Source: an uncultured Collinsella sp. (lineage in GTDB: Bacteria; Actinomycetota; Coriobacteriia; Coriobacteriales; Coriobacteriaceae). From it: 64,000 nucleotides of DNA. Within the stretch, counting starts at the first letter, position 1. Each line of letters starts with the position of its first letter. The notes beneath the pieces are model-generated. The model ran no database searches, was not told the DNA's origin, and saw only the letters and a program-made list of their open reading frames with translations. The stretch lies in the NCBI GenBank assembly GCA_958443615.1, contig CAUCLI010000009.1, positions 366-64,365 on the forward strand, given 5' to 3'. Positions 47,918 through 56,876 of the stretch are shown here, piece by piece. A program made the position numbers and the translations under genes.

Positions 47918-49351
47918 ATGACGTCACAGACCGACCGCGAACAGGAGCGCTCAACGGCATCCGGGGCACCCGGGGCCTCCGAGCAGCAGCGCGATCGCCG
48001 CGCCCCCAAGATCGCGGTCGGCGACACCTCGGCCGTTCAGGACCGCAAGGCCGACAGCTCTTCCATGAAACAGGTGCGCACCACCTTCATCTTCCTCGCG
48101 TTCCTCGGCATCGCCTACGCCGCCTACCTCGTCGTGAGCGGTCAGCTCGACGATTTCATCCGCGCCCTGATCGGCGTCAACCCCAAATGGATCGTCGCGG
48201 GCGTCGCCTGCTTTTTGTGCTATTACGTCTTCGGCGTCCTAGCCTACGCCGCCATCGTCGTCATCGATCACGACTCCCCGGTCGGCTTCCGCGACCTCAT
48301 GAGCGTCGAGGCCTCGGGCGTGTTCTTCATGCGCCTCACGCCCGGCGGCGCCGGAGTCATCCCCTCCCAGATCTACCGCCTCACCCGAGCCGGCCTGTCG
48401 CTTCCCGACGCCTCCGCCCTGCAATTCGTGCGCTTCACCCTGTACGAAGCGGGCGAGGGCATCTTCGCCGCCATCATGCTGCTGTTCTGCGGTGACTATT
48501 TCCTGACGACCTTCGCCGACGTCAAGATCCTCGGCCTCGATGTCGTGTGGATCGGCGTCTTCATGTTCGGGTTCAAGTTCGTCCAAGTCGGCGGCGTCCT
48601 CTTGCTCTGCCTGTTGCCCGGCCCCATCCAAAAGCTCGGCGGCCTCGGGCTCAAGATGGGGCACGCCCTACACATCCTCAATGATGAGCGCTACGAGCGC
48701 TATCTCGACTTCCTCACCACGCAGGTCACTTCCTTCTCCCAGGCGTTCCGCTCCGCCGCGTCCAACTGGCACGTCCTGCCCGTGGTTGAGCTCCTCACGC
48801 TGCTGCAGCTCGGATGCATGTACGCGCTCCCCTACTTCGTCCTGCGCTCGTTCGGGCTCGAGGCCGACCTGCTCATCTGCCTGGCATCCGGCTCGATGGT
48901 CGAGCTGCTCGTCAACGCCATCCCGCTGCCCGGCGGAGCGGGTGGCGCCGAGGTGGGCTTCACCTACCTGTTCGGCGGCATGTTCGGCTGGCACACCTCC
49001 GCCGGTCTCGTCATCTGGCGATCCATCGAATACCTGCTCCCCGTCGTCATCGCGGCGCCCTGCATGGGCATGCGCTCCACCACCGGCGAGAGCATCTACC
49101 ACCGCTGGAACCGCCGTCTCGAGAACACCGTCCACGTCGCCCATGGCGATTGGGGCAGCGTCAAGCGCCGCGAGGGCATCGCGTACCGACCGCAAGCCGC
49201 ACAGCCAGCAGGCACCGAACGCGCCAAGCTCACCCGGTCGCAGAGCGGGGACCTCACCGTGAAGATGCCCAAGAAACCCGCCGGCGCGCGCAAGGCCACG
49301 ATGAGCGCGGGCTCGCGCGGCGAACGCGCCGAACGCGCATTGAAGCGCTAA
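47918..49351 (+). CDS. membrane protein of the lysylphosphatidylglycerol-synthase TM-region / flippase-like family (UPF0104)
   Basis: ATG 47918 after GGAGGCAAGG. About 8 TM segments, with disordered charged N- and C-termini. Family call is from the overall pattern (GGAG.EVGFTYLF) and is tentative. Confidence 0.55.
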   Translation: MTSQTDREQERSTASGAPGASEQQRDRRAPKIAVGDTSAVQDRKADSSSMKQVRTTFIFLAFLGIAYAAYLVVSGQLDDFIRALIGVNPKWIVAGVACFLCYYVFGVLAYAAIVVIDHDSPVGFRDLMSVEASGVFFMRLTPGGAGVIPSQIYRLTRAGLSLPDASALQFVRFTLYEAGEGIFAAIMLLFCGDYFLTTFADVKILGLDVVWIGVFMFGFKFVQVGGVLLLCLLPGPIQKLGGLGLKMGHALHILNDERYERYLDFLTTQVTSFSQAFRSAASNWHVLPVVELLTLLQLGCMYALPYFVLRSFGLEADLLICLASGSMVELLVNAIPLPGGAGGAEVGFTYLFGGMFGWHTSAGLVIWRSIEYLLPVVIAAPCMGMRSTTGESIYHRWNRRLENTVHVAHGDWGSVKRREGIAYRPQAAQPAGTERAKLTRSQSGDLTVKMPKKPAGARKATMSAGSRGERAERALKR

Positions 49352-49369
49352 ACCGCAGCGCTTCAATGC
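49337..49369 (+). other. perfect 12-bp stem-loop enclosing the stop codon of the preceding gene
   Basis: GCATTGAAGCGC (49337-49348), 9-nt loop, GCGCTTCAATGC (49358-49369). No U-tract follows, so it is not a canonical intrinsic terminator. Confidence 0.6.
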
Positions 49370-49591
49370 GCTCCCCTCTCCCTGCTTGGGGCGTGCCACC
49401 TCAAAACACACCACCATCCACGAACACTTCGCGTTCCTTTTCAGCTATTGAAGCGCTCCATAGCTGAAATTCCACCGTTCGCGGAATACAGGGTGGACAA
49501 ATCGCGCTAGAATAAACCTGCATGTCAGGTTTGCCCGTCGCGCAGTCGAGCGACCGCGAGATGGGCACCAACTACGAAAGAGAGGAGAGGC

Positions 49592-50326
49592 ATGCAGTAC
49601 TCACAGGAAGTGGAGAACATGTGCCCCGTCGCCAAGGGTGCATACCACGGTCCCGCGCCCATCCCGGAGGAGGGCAAGTGGGTCCAGGCCAAGGAGATCA
49701 AGGACATCTCCGGCCTCACGCACGGTGTGGGTTGGTGCGCCCCCCAGCAGGGTGCCTGCAAGCTCACGCTTAACGTCAAGGAGGGCATCATCGAGGAGGC
49801 CCTCGTCGAGACCATCGGCTGCTCGGGCATGACCCACTCCGCCGCCATGGCTTCCGAGATCCTCCCCGGCAAGACCATCCTCGAGGCCCTCAACACCGAC
49901 CTCGTCTGCGACGCCATCAACGTGGCCATGCGTGAGATCTTCCTGCAGATCGTCTACGGCCGCAGCCAGACCGCGTTCTCCGAGGGCGGCCTGCCCGTGG
50001 GCGCCTCCCTCGACGACCTCGGCAAGGGCCTTCGCTCCCAGGTCGGCACCATGTTCGGCACCAAGGCCAAGGGCGCTCGCTACCTCGAGCTCGCCCAGGG
50101 CTACGTGACCCGCATGGCCCTCAACGCCAACAACGAGATCATCGCGTTCGAGTTCATGAACCTCGGCAAGTTCACCGACGCCCTCAAGGCCGGCAAGACC
50201 CCCGAGGAGGCCATCGCCGGCGCCATGGGCCACTACGGCCAGTGGGAGAACGCCGCCAAGTACATCGACCCGCGCACCGACGAGGAGACCCACACGGTCG
50301 CCAACGTCTTCCCGGTCCACGAGTAA
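49592..50326 (+). CDS. NifU/IscU-like N-terminal-domain protein with a ~120-aa C-terminal extension
   Basis: 244 aa. IscU-like Cys pattern GWCAPQQGACKL...ETIGCSGMTHSAAMASE...LVCDAINVA. RBS GAGAGGAGAGG. Confidence 0.7.
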   Translation: MQYSQEVENMCPVAKGAYHGPAPIPEEGKWVQAKEIKDISGLTHGVGWCAPQQGACKLTLNVKEGIIEEALVETIGCSGMTHSAAMASEILPGKTILEALNTDLVCDAINVAMREIFLQIVYGRSQTAFSEGGLPVGASLDDLGKGLRSQVGTMFGTKAKGARYLELAQGYVTRMALNANNEIIAFEFMNLGKFTDALKAGKTPEEAIAGAMGHYGQWENAAKYIDPRTDEETHTVANVFPVHE

Positions 50327-50347
50327 AGAAAGGGAGGGACTATAACC

Positions 50348-51352
50348 ATGGCTGTTACTTTCGAAGGTTACGAGCGCCGCGTTGAGAAGATCAACGCCTG
50401 CCTCGCCGAGAACGGCATCGCCTCCCTCGAGGAAGCCGAGCAGATCTGCCTCGACAAGGGCGTGAACGCCCGCGAGATCGTGCACGACACCCAGTCCATC
50501 GCGTTCCAGAACGCCGAGTGGGCCTACACCCTGGGCTGCGCGCTGGCCATCCAACGCGGCGCCAAGACCGCCTCTGAGGCTGCCGCCATCATCGGTGAGG
50601 GCATCCAGGCCTTCACCGTCCCGGGCTCCGTCGCCGAGGACCGCAAGGTCGGTCTGGGTCACGGCAACCTGGGCGCCATGCTCCTGTCCGACGACACCGA
50701 GTGCTTCGCGTTCCTCGCCGGTCACGAGTCCTTCGCCGCCGCTGAGGGCGCCATCAAGCTGGCCCTCAACGCCAACAAGGCCCGCAAGACGCCGCTGCGC
50801 GTCATCCTGAACGGCCTGGGCAAGGACGCTGCCCAGATCATCGCCCGCATCAACGGCTTCACCTACGTGAAGACCCAGTTCGACTACTTCACGGGCGAGC
50901 TCAAGGTCGTCGAGACCATCCCCTACTCCGATGGTCCCCGCGCCGCCGTCAACTGCTACGGCGCCGACGACGTCCGCGAGGGCGTTGCCATCATGTGGCA
51001 CGAGAACGTGGACATCTCCATCACCGGTAACTCCACCAACCCCACGCGCTTCCAGCACCCCACCGCGGGCACCTATAAGAAGGAGCGCCTCGAGGCCGGC
51101 AAGAAGTACTTCTCCGTGGCCTCCGGTGGCGGCACCGGCCGTACCCTGCACCCGGACAACATGGGCGCCGGCCCTGCCTCCTACGGCATGACCGACACCA
51201 TGGGCCGCATGCACTCCGACGCCCAGTTCGCCGGTTCCTCCTCCGTGCCTGCGCACGTCGACATGATGGGTCTCATCGGCATGGGCAACAACCCCATGGT
51301 CGGTGCCACCGTCGCCTGCGCCGTCGCCGTGAACGCCGCTATCAACGAGTAG
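50348..51352 (+). CDS. GGGtGRT-motif protein (uncharacterised conserved family)
   Basis: 334 aa containing the literal motif SGGGTGRTLHPDNMGAGP. RBS AGGGAGGGA. Lies 21 nt after the NifU-like gene. Confidence 0.75.
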   Translation: MAVTFEGYERRVEKINACLAENGIASLEEAEQICLDKGVNAREIVHDTQSIAFQNAEWAYTLGCALAIQRGAKTASEAAAIIGEGIQAFTVPGSVAEDRKVGLGHGNLGAMLLSDDTECFAFLAGHESFAAAEGAIKLALNANKARKTPLRVILNGLGKDAAQIIARINGFTYVKTQFDYFTGELKVVETIPYSDGPRAAVNCYGADDVREGVAIMWHENVDISITGNSTNPTRFQHPTAGTYKKERLEAGKKYFSVASGGGTGRTLHPDNMGAGPASYGMTDTMGRMHSDAQFAGSSSVPAHVDMMGLIGMGNNPMVGATVACAVAVNAAINE

Positions 51353-51397
51353 CATTCGCGCCGCACGGGTCGCAACGCAAAGGACTCGGCAAGAGAT

Positions 51398-51436
51398 GGG
51401 GCCGTCACCTCCGGGTGGCGGCCCTGTTTTCGTTTG
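51398..51436 (+). terminator. Rho-independent terminator
   Basis: GGGGCCGTCACC / GGTGGCGGCCC stem with one G-U pair and a 4-nt loop, followed by TGTTTTCGTTT. Confidence 0.8.
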
Positions 51437-51611
51437 AAAGAGGAATCGCGATACGCGGGCGCCCTCACGTCGATACGGCATCGCCGTACACACGACGCGG
51501 GGGCGCCCAGATGTCTTTCGTCCGCAGCACCAGCGACATGAAAGCGTCGCAAATCATCGATTCGTGTCACTGACGCCGCGCATGCCCACACCGGCAGACG
51601 CCGCTGAAGCG

Positions 51612-52610
51612 CTAGAGCTCCGTTGGGCACTCGCCCTCCGCCATGGCGACGACGCCGCGGATGCCCTGCTCGACCATGCTGTCGACGTCGATATCCGTAT
51701 AGAAGGCGATATGCTGCGTCAGGATGACGTTCGGGAACTGGCGCAGGTACGCCATGTTGCGGTTGGCCAGGATGTCATGCGTGCGGCTCACGTGGTAGAT
51801 CCCGTCCTCCTCGGGGAAGACGTCCATGGCCAAGGCGCCGATCTTCTCGCTCTCGATGCCCTCGATCAGCGCGTCGACGTCCATGAGCTCGCCGCGGCTG
51901 ACGTTCACCAGCACCACGCCGTCGCGCATCTTGGCGATCGCCTCGTGGTCGATGATGCCGCGCGTGGAGTCCATGAGCGGGACGTGAACCGTCACGAGGT
52001 CGCTCTGGGCGTACAGCTCATCGAGCCCCACATAGGCGACGTCGCCGCGACCGGCGAGCCCCTCATTGGGGAACGGGTCGTACGCGAGGATCTTGCAGCC
52101 GAACCCGCGCAGATAGTCGATGACGGCGCGGCCGATGCGCCCCGTTCCCATGACGCCCACGGTGAGGGTACGCAGCTCGCGACCGCGCAGTCCCGCGAGG
52201 GAGTAGTCGTTGACCTGCTGGCGCCACATGGCGGGCTTATAGTTGCGCAGGGCCATGAGCATGAGCATGACGGCGAATTCCGCCACGCCATACGGCGGAT
52301 AGGTCGTGTTGCACACATGGATGCCGAGCTCTCTCGCCGCATCGATGTCGATATGGTTGTAACCGATGCTGCGCGTGGCGATATAACGCACGCCGCGGGC
52401 ATGCAGTTCGCGAAGCATGTCCGCGTCCAACGGGCTCTTGTTGACGATGACGACGCCCTCGGCGCCGCCGAGCTCATCGAGCGTCGCGCGCGTCAGGGTG
52501 TCCGCAGTCCAAGACACCTCGCAACCGGCGGGCAGCTCCGCGGACACGCGATCGTACGCGGTATGCTCGTCATCGCGCAATTCGAAAACCTTGATCTTCA
52601 TATCATCCAT
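51612..52610 (-). CDS. D-isomer-specific 2-hydroxyacid dehydrogenase (D-lactate dehydrogenase-like)
   Basis: Rossmann motif GVMGTGRIGRAV, catalytic blocks VNVSRGELMD and TQHIAFYT. The start is at 52610 (MDDMKIK) or 52601 (MKIK). The longer ORF to 52739 is unlikely. Confidence 0.85.
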   Translation of the reverse strand: MDDMKIKVFELRDDEHTAYDRVSAELPAGCEVSWTADTLTRATLDELGGAEGVVIVNKSPLDADMLRELHARGVRYIATRSIGYNHIDIDAARELGIHVCNTTYPPYGVAEFAVMLMLMALRNYKPAMWRQQVNDYSLAGLRGRELRTLTVGVMGTGRIGRAVIDYLRGFGCKILAYDPFPNEGLAGRGDVAYVGLDELYAQSDLVTVHVPLMDSTRGIIDHEAIAKMRDGVVLVNVSRGELMDVDALIEGIESEKIGALAMDVFPEEDGIYHVSRTHDILANRNMAYLRQFPNVILTQHIAFYTDIDVDSMVEQGIRGVVAMAEGECPTEL

Positions 52611-52829
52611 CCCATCGTCGGGTCGTCTCGTGATGGCAGCACTATACCCGATGCGCAGAGGGCCGGATCGCCGCGTCACAAAGGCTGCGCAACGCCCTCT
52701 GAGGCGATGGTCCTGCCTGCGAACAGACATGCCGGTCACAAGGACCTATCGACCGTTCAGGAACATCCAAGGGGCGCGCAGCGGCTTTCGGTTGTCTTGT
52801 CGCGGCAAGACCCCTACGCTTTTGGCTGA

Positions 52830-54434
52830 ATGTGGGAAAGGATGGACATGCGCGCAGAAATCGACGTTCTCGTGATCGGTGGCGGCATCGCCGGAATCGT
52901 CTCGGCCATCGAGGCGGCCCGTGCGGGCGCAAGCACTGCGATCGCCTGCGCCGGGCCGCTCTTCGGCGGGTCGAGCTTCTATCCCGGCACCTGGGGGCTG
53001 GGGCTCATCGGGCCGCGTGACGATAATGACGAGGCCGACCTCATCGCGACCATAGAGGACGTGGGCTGCGGCGTCGCGGACCCAACGCTCGTCGAGACGT
53101 TCGTGCATGCCATCCGTCCCTCGATCCAGTGGTTGGAGGAGGGGCTCGGCGTGCCCCTCAAGCGCCCCGACAGCGCCGAAAGCGCCCGCGAGATCGCGTT
53201 CATCCCCTGCTTCGACCATGCCAATCGCCTCTGGCGCGGCATCACGCGCGAGGTGTTCGAGCGCGTCGCCGGAGCCGAGGTCGAGCGACTCGGCATCGAC
53301 GTGCTTGAGCGCTGCGAGCTCATGGAACTCGTGCGCACGGAGGATGGCGAGGGGGCGATCGCAGGGGCGATCATGTTCGACGGGCGGGCGCGGGCGCTCA
53401 TCGGCGAGCCCGCGCGGTCCATCGTGCTCGCGACGGGCGGCACCGGCGGCCTGTTCGCACGGAGCCTCACATCACGCGACGTGCTCAGCTCGGCTCATGG
53501 AATCGCCCTCCACGCGGGATGCTCGCTTGTGAACATCGAGTTCATGCAGATGATGCCCGGGCTCGTCTCCCCCATCAGCGGCATCGTCTTCAATGAGAAG
53601 ACCTTCCGCTACGCCACGTTCGACGATGCGAGCGGCATTCTGCCGACAAGCCCCACGGAGCTTGGGGAACTGCTTGAAACGCGCTCGGGGCACGGGCCGT
53701 TCACCAGCCGCCTGGGCGATGAGACGGTCGACATGGCGATCGACGCCGCCGGGGAGGACGGCATCTCCGTCCGATACGAGCTCCCGTCCGACGGGGCACC
53801 TGAATTCGTGCGGACGTTTTCCCAATGGATGGAGGACGAGCTGAGAATCGCCCCCACCGATGAGCTTCGCGTCGCGATGCACGCGCACGCCGCCAATGGC
53901 GGCATAAAGATCGATGCGTCCGCGCAGACCGACGTCCCGGGATTGTTCGCATGCGGAGAGGCGACCGGCGGCATGCACGGCGCCGACCGCATCGGCGGGC
54001 TTTCCAGCGCCAATGGCCTCGTGTTCGGCAGGATCGCCGGGAAGGGGGCGGCTGCGCGCGCCGCCGATGCGCCAGATGGACGCACGGATGGCGGCGATGC
54101 CCTCAACGCGGCTCTTCATCGCATCAGGATGACCGGGACCCCCTTGGATGACATGGACGCGACGCGCATCGCAAGGGACATGCGATCGACCATGAGCGCG
54201 CACGCCATGATCCACCGAACCGACGAGGGCCTCGCGGAAGCATTGCGCGATATCGAGCGCCTTCAGAGCGAATCTCAGTTCCACGGCGACTGCCGCGGCT
54301 GCGTCATACCCGCCGATGCGGCACTCGCGCGTGGAATCCGCATCCAATCGCAGCTCAGACTCGCCCATGCCATGCTCGCCGCCATGCGGGACCGCCATGA
54401 GAGCCTCGGATCGCATTACCGAGCGGACATATGA
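52830..54434 (+). CDS. FAD-dependent oxidoreductase, fumarate reductase/succinate dehydrogenase flavoprotein or L-aspartate oxidase-like
   Basis: DVLVIGGGIAGIVSAIEAA dinucleotide fold, ATGGTGGLF, and GLFACGEATGGMHGADRIGGLSSANGLVFG. The start may be the ATG at 52842 or 52848. Confidence 0.8.
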   Translation: MWERMDMRAEIDVLVIGGGIAGIVSAIEAARAGASTAIACAGPLFGGSSFYPGTWGLGLIGPRDDNDEADLIATIEDVGCGVADPTLVETFVHAIRPSIQWLEEGLGVPLKRPDSAESAREIAFIPCFDHANRLWRGITREVFERVAGAEVERLGIDVLERCELMELVRTEDGEGAIAGAIMFDGRARALIGEPARSIVLATGGTGGLFARSLTSRDVLSSAHGIALHAGCSLVNIEFMQMMPGLVSPISGIVFNEKTFRYATFDDASGILPTSPTELGELLETRSGHGPFTSRLGDETVDMAIDAAGEDGISVRYELPSDGAPEFVRTFSQWMEDELRIAPTDELRVAMHAHAANGGIKIDASAQTDVPGLFACGEATGGMHGADRIGGLSSANGLVFGRIAGKGAAARAADAPDGRTDGGDALNAALHRIRMTGTPLDDMDATRIARDMRSTMSAHAMIHRTDEGLAEALRDIERLQSESQFHGDCRGCVIPADAALARGIRIQSQLRLAHAMLAAMRDRHESLGSHYRADI

Positions 54435-54624
54435 CGCCGTCTCCAATCGAACCTTCAGCCCTTGCGAGCATCCCGCGAGGGGCGAGGCCGTCCAACCTTG
54501 GCGTCCGGGTCGCGCCGACGTCCGAACCTGGCGGCACCGCCGCCTGGGGCTCTCGGCATCGGCCTCCGGCAATGCCGAGACATATGAAAACAGCTCCGAA
54601 ACCGGAGCTGAGGCAATCAATGGG

Positions 54625-54698
54625 TGGGCGATCAGGGATTCGAACCCTGGACCTTGGGATTAAGAGTCCCCTGCTCTAGCCAGCTGAGCTAATCGCCC
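54625..54698 (-). tRNA. tRNA-Lys (anticodon CTT), copy 1, no encoded CCA
   Basis: The reverse complement reads GGGCGATTAGCTCAGCTGGCTAGAGCAGGGGACTCTTAATCCC..GGTTCGAATCCCTGATCGCCCA. The anticodon loop is CTCTTAA. Confidence 0.9.
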
Positions 54699-54719
54699 GT
54701 ATGTCCAAAGGATGCAATG

Positions 54720-54796
54720 TGGTGGGCGATCAGGGATTCGAACCCTGGACCTTGGGATTAAGAGTCCCCTGCTCTAGCCAGCTGAGCTAATCGCCC
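54720..54796 (-). tRNA. tRNA-Lys (anticodon CTT), copy 2, CCA encoded
   Basis: Body identical to copy 1, followed by ACCA. Confidence 0.9.
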
Positions 54797-54822
54797 CTTT
54801 GCATCTGCCATGTGAAAGGTAA

Positions 54823-54900
54823 TGGGGTGGGTAAAGGGACTCGAACCCTCGACCTACGGGACCACAACCCGTCGCTCTAGCCAACTGAGCTACACCCACC
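54823..54900 (-). tRNA. tRNA-His (anticodon GTG) with the G-1 residue and encoded CCA
   Basis: The reverse complement reads GGTGGGTGTAGCTCAGTTGGCTAGAGCGACGGGTTGTGGTCCCGTAGGTCGAGGGTTCGAGTCCCTTTACCCACCCCA. The anticodon loop is TTGTGGT. Confidence 0.9.
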
Positions 54901-55008
54901 ATGTCTGTCACACAGCGAAAAGTATTATGCATTCTAATCGCGAACAATGCAAGGGGTAATTTAGGAAAATTTAAACTGCGCCCATCAGCTCGACCTCAAC
55001 CCAGCCGC

Positions 55009-55497
55009 TTACCCAGAAGCCTCGACATCGCCGCGCGAGCGATGGCGTGCGCGGACAAGGAGCGTCCTGACGAGAATCCCCACAGCCGCACCGCTGCAAT
55101 CGATAAGCGCATCTGTGACTTGCCCGCTTCGCCCGGGAACGAACAGCTGGATCGTCTCGTCGATAGACGAGACCAACATGACCAGGACGAACGCCGCGAT
55201 GATGCTCTCCGCCGACGTATCCCGCCTCGGGTCGAACGCATGGAGGGCGATCAACGAGAGAACGAGGTACTCTGTGAAATGGGCGGTTTTGCGAATCACG
55301 AAGTTCGTCACCCATTCATACGGCAAGCCGCATGCGCGCAAGATCCCATGGACGCAATCCACGACGGCGAGGCTCAAAGACCCGCTGCCTTCACCGGCGA
55401 CGAGCGAGTTGCCCCAAATGAAGCAGATGAAAAGCACGACGAGAGCGAGCCAGGGAAGGCTCACCCTCGTCCGAAGGTCCCGTATGAGAGAAGACAC
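55009..55497 (-). CDS. VanZ-like membrane protein
   Basis: 162 aa with four TM segments. Motifs RKTAHFTEYLVL and DETIQLFVPGRSGQVTDALID are characteristic of VanZ. Confidence 0.8.
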   Translation of the reverse strand: MSSLIRDLRTRVSLPWLALVVLFICFIWGNSLVAGEGSGSLSLAVVDCVHGILRACGLPYEWVTNFVIRKTAHFTEYLVLSLIALHAFDPRRDTSAESIIAAFVLVMLVSSIDETIQLFVPGRSGQVTDALIDCSGAAVGILVRTLLVRARHRSRGDVEASG

Positions 55498-55500
55498 GCC

Positions 55501-56592
55501 TTACGCCTCCGCAAGTTGACGGGCGTCCATAGACGCCGTACCGCCCTCGATGACCTTGAGATACTCATGCGCGACCGCATGGAAGCCCTTGGAGCCGACC
55601 TTGTCGATCTCGTCCTCGACAAGGGCGTTGACCTGCGTATGAAACGTGGTGGAGTTCCCGCCCTCGGCAAGCGCCGCCATGCGGCCCCTATCGACGCACA
55701 CCGTCTCGCCGCCGACGTTGGCCTTGGGAGCAGGGTCCTCGGCGAGGATCGCGAGCGCACGCGCCCACATGCCCTCATGACCGGAATAATCGGCCACCGG
55801 GACCGTGACGCCCTCATCCGCCATGGGCGCCTGGGGAGATGCGACGGGCGCCGATGCGGCGCGATCGAGCGGGACGCTCGAAGCGGCGGGCTGCATCTTG
55901 GGCAAGACCGGCACATACGGATTCCGCGCGACGGAGCTGCCATACAGAGAGACCATGGCCTCATCGCGGCCGAGCACATCCTCGCGCGCCTCTGCAGACA
56001 CGGCGGCGGAAGCGGGCTGCTGCGGCGCCGCGCAAGAGGCCTGAGAGGCGGCCCGATCCGTTCGGCGCAGCTCCTCGAGCGCGATCTGATACATGTCCTT
56101 GGAGCGGGCGGGATCGCAGCTGAACGGCGAATCATCGCTGAACATGGCATCGATCTCGGCCCAGGCCTCCGCCTCGTCGAGCGCGTCTATCGCGCGGGAG
56201 ATCACCGGCACGCCATCGGGGGTGGCCCGCTTTGCGCGGCGGGGATGCGGGCGAGCGGCGGACTGCGAGACGTGCGTGGAGGCCGCGTCGCGGGCATCGA
56301 AGAATGCGGACTTGAGACGCTCCGCCTCGGCGCGCTCCTCGGCGAGACGCTCGGCGCGGGCGTCGAGCAGACGCCCGGAAAGGGCGAGCATGCCGACGCC
56401 GGCGAGAGAGCCGGCGACCAACGGCAGCGCATCGGACCTGATCGCCTCGTTGACACCCTCGAACGGAAGTGTGGCGACATAGGCGGCCAACGGCAAAGCA
56501 AGGCCGAACCCGGCGGAGATTGCGATTGCTTCCTTGCGGTACCCGATGCTCTCGACGGCCATGGCGCGCTCCTTCGTCACCCTAGCGAACAT
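55501..56592 (-). CDS. hypothetical membrane-anchored protein (two N-terminal TM segments, long low-complexity cytoplasmic or extracytoplasmic tail)
   Basis: 363-aa ORF in plausible operon position upstream of vanZ. No recognisable motif. The start may be the ATG at 56562 (MAVES). Confidence 0.5.
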   Translation of the reverse strand: MFARVTKERAMAVESIGYRKEAIAISAGFGLALPLAAYVATLPFEGVNEAIRSDALPLVAGSLAGVGMLALSGRLLDARAERLAEERAEAERLKSAFFDARDAASTHVSQSAARPHPRRAKRATPDGVPVISRAIDALDEAEAWAEIDAMFSDDSPFSCDPARSKDMYQIALEELRRTDRAASQASCAAPQQPASAAVSAEAREDVLGRDEAMVSLYGSSVARNPYVPVLPKMQPAASSVPLDRAASAPVASPQAPMADEGVTVPVADYSGHEGMWARALAILAEDPAPKANVGGETVCVDRGRMAALAEGGNSTTFHTQVNALVEDEIDKVGSKGFHAVAHEYLKVIEGGTASMDARQLAEA

Positions 56593-56876
56593 GCTCTAAA
56601 CGACAATGACCGGCGCGGCTGCACCGGTTCGAAAAGATTCGGATGGAAAAGATGAAGGTGAAGCACGGGAAAACCCCGGCAACGGTATGTGGTGCGTTTC
56701 ATCTACGTTTTCCGTCGCGATCTTCGTTGAATTATGAAAGAACGGGCAGCTATTTGCAAGTGAAAACCGCTGACGGGGAACAGGCGGGCGTCCCGTTGCA
56801 AACGCGTGGTTTCGGGAACAAGAGAGCAGACGCCGTGCATTCTCCGCCCTGCGGACACAAAGCTAAAGGAGTGCGT

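Noticed and set aside
49601-51493. 630-aa minus-strand ORF covering both the NifU-like and GGGtGRT genes
   Set aside because: It is an antisense high-GC artefact. The plus-strand genes have RBSs, a terminator and recognisable motifs.
54600-54960. tRNA cluster checked as a possible integration hotspot (att sites, integrase, direct repeats of tRNA 3' ends)
   Set aside because: There is no integrase or recombinase gene and no partial tRNA 3'-end repeat in the neighbouring sequence. The flanking genes are ordinary housekeeping genes.
54901-56655. 584-aa plus-strand ORF opposite vanZ and the hypothetical membrane protein, also 53472..54620 opposite the FAD oxidoreductase
   Set aside because: The translations are Arg/Gly/Asp-rich with no motifs. 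The opposite-strand genes, VanZ in particular, have family signatures.
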